This document shows positions 59,194 to 61,013 of a stretch of DNA of 61,013 bases, one piece after another. Position 1 is the stretch's first letter. Each line of letters begins with the position of its first letter. The notes under the pieces are model-generated. The model was not told the DNA's origin and searched no databases. It saw only the letters and a program-made list of their open reading frames with translations. Source of the DNA: Craspedostauros australis. Taxonomy: Eukaryota. The position numbers and the translations under genes were made by a program. Location: assembly GCA_030167865.1 (NCBI GenBank), contig JALAGF010004370.1, positions 1-61,013 of the forward strand, given 5' to 3'.

Positions 59194-60135
59194 GCTTGCT
59201 CATGATGGCACCTATGATGCTAGTTACTGTGATGATGATGATGATGATGCTTATGATGATGCTTATGATGATGCTTATGATGATGCGGCGAGCTTGTGGA
59301 GATACTTGGTGGCGATGCATGAAGGGAACTTGATTGGACCGACCAGGACTTATGGATTCAAGAGGGCGCACGGAAAGGATGGGCAGATGGGCGGGTTGGT
59401 GGAAGCTGGGCAACCTCACGCTCACCAAGATAAGACGAAATTCGAATGCGCTAAAGAAGATAACGTTAGAGGAGCAGCAGGAGTAGAATCATCTACTCTA
59501 CACCCATGGACATAACATGGATAGACCGCGCCATAAACCTTCGGAAGAACTGCGAAATTGCGGAAGCGCGAAGACATTGCAACATGACGCTTGATGACGG
59601 ATTCTACGTTGGATCCAACATGAATAGATCAGAGCAGCGACGATTGCAGGTACCTACAGCGATGGAAAGATACGGCACGCTCATACGTATGTGCAGATTC
59701 GTCCGAGCCGAAACAAATGTGTGAATCATCCCGTTCCAGTGAGCGCCAGTCCTTGCGTATTTGCTGAACTGCTGTGGTTGCGAGCTATTCCAAGACAGGC
59801 AATTCAGTTCAGCATATTTGCATCACCAGCAATGAAACCCTGAATCCATGAAAATGTGCACACATAAGTCAAACTCTGAATCGCTTTGTAGCCGCCGCTG
59901 CTGTTGTTGATTGCTGCTGTGATGATGAAACGTATTTGCATTCGCTAGAGTACCATCGGTTTGGATTACACTACTCGTACCCTACGACCTGCGTCATGAA
60001 GGCTGCAGCAATGATCTCCTGTCTGGCCTTGCCATTTGTCTGTCTCCGCGTAAGATCCTTCCATACGGGTACAGCGATGCTTCATCTCATTCATTTGGCA
60101 TCCCTCATTTTTGTTGAATCCAATATCCAATGAAT

Positions 60136-60604
60136 TTACTCGTCGGCCTTGACCTTCTTGATGGCTTCGTCGAAGTCCTCCTCCTTATCGGCGGCATCGA
60201 ACCTGTGTCATGAATACGTATGGTACATGGTACATGTTGTATGTTTCATGTCGTGTGGTATGTAGCGCAGCGGTGCCGAGAAAAGTGAAACAGGAAACAG
60301 TGATGGCATGTGTGAGAGATCGGCATACTCCACAGCAAAACCATTCGATTCGAGTACTTTGAGCTTCCACAACCCAACGTGACATTCCAATGCAGTGCAG
60401 TGCAATGTAAGCAACCCAAATGAGTATTGTACTGTCTGATATCGTCACGTACATGTCGAACATCTCCTCGAGGTCCAAGTCCAGACTGCCCTCCTCTGGC
60501 TCGGCAAAGGTGACGACGGAGGATGCCTTGCTGCGGGTGAAGGCAGTTGGTGCGAAGGCGACGGCTGATGTGGCGAACAGAGCGATGAATGCGACGATCT
60601 TCAT
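60136..60604 (-). CDS. Very small acidic plastid-targeted protein (72-aa precursor); exons 60604-60453 and 60202-60136
   Basis: MKIVAFIALFATSAVAFAP presequence. Intron 60203-60452 gives the mature part ...EPEEGSLDLDLEEMFDMFDAADKEEDFDEAIKKVKADE*. Strong codon bias. Confidence 0.82.
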
Positions 60605-60870
60605 GGTGGATGCGTGTGTGGTTGTTGTGGAGGGTAGAGTGAATTGATTTGTCACTTGGTGTGGTGTTGAGCGGTGATTGAGTGTCGAGTGATGATTGTG
60701 CAGCAAGGCACGGGAAATTCGTTGAAAGTGTGTCCGGAGAACGGACAAACGCCCTTCGCCACACCAATCCCGTGTTCGAGGCACTCCTCGACGCCGACGA
60801 GCCAAGACCAACTCCGATGTTCCAATCTGTGAAGGTTAAATAGACGTTATAGGCGGTAACGTCGATTTTA

Positions 60871-61013
60871 TTACTTTCATTGAAACGTCATTACTTTCAT
60901 TGAAACGCTATCACTTTCATTGAAACGCGATTACTTTCATTGAAACGCTATTACTTTCATTGAATCGTGATTACTTTCATTGAATCCTGATTACTTTCAT
61001 TGAATCGTGATTA
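60871..61013. repeat. AT-rich 20-bp tandem array (consensus TTACTTTCATTGAAWCGYKA), 7 full copies and continuing off the edge
   Basis: Exact 20-nt period from 60871; the core ACTTTCATTGAA is invariant in all seven copies. Confidence 0.95.

Noticed and set aside
59231-59285. (GAT)n and GCTTATGATGAT repeats
   Set aside because: An ordinary 3' UTR microsatellite in a genome rich in simple repeats.
60871-61013. Possible CRISPR array
   Set aside because: Units are contiguous 20-mers with only a few variable bases, there are no unique spacers, no cas genes are visible, and the context is eukaryotic.

Overview
Eukaryotic nuclear DNA from a diatom. The evidence is an Lhcf/FCP antenna gene, several bipartite plastid-targeting presequences (AFAP/EAF/GAF-type), short GT-AG introns and poly-Q-rich regulators. 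About 18 protein-coding genes can be modelled. In order: an intronless P-loop NTPase that runs off the left edge and is absent from the ORF track, an ABCG half-transporter, an ACC-synthase-like PLP enzyme, a MerT-like/HMA fusion, a CAAX-protease/EF-hand protein, Lhcf, a large bHLH-PAS transcription factor, two leishmanolysin (M8) proteases flanking ALG1, a UBR-box/2OG-Fe(II) oxygenase fusion, a secretory-type tandem SET-domain protein, a plastid thioredoxin, a heat-shock factor, a RING + Rcat-like ligase, bacterial-like DUF1348 and GlcG/HbpS genes, and two small plastid proteins. The window ends in a hairpin followed by an AT-rich 20-bp tandem array that runs off the right edge. The best novelty candidates are the Crinkler/RHS-like NTPase, the UBR-box-dioxygenase fusion, the plastid-targeted MerT-HMA fusion and the terminal hairpin plus array. 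All calls come from reading motifs by eye; no searches were run.
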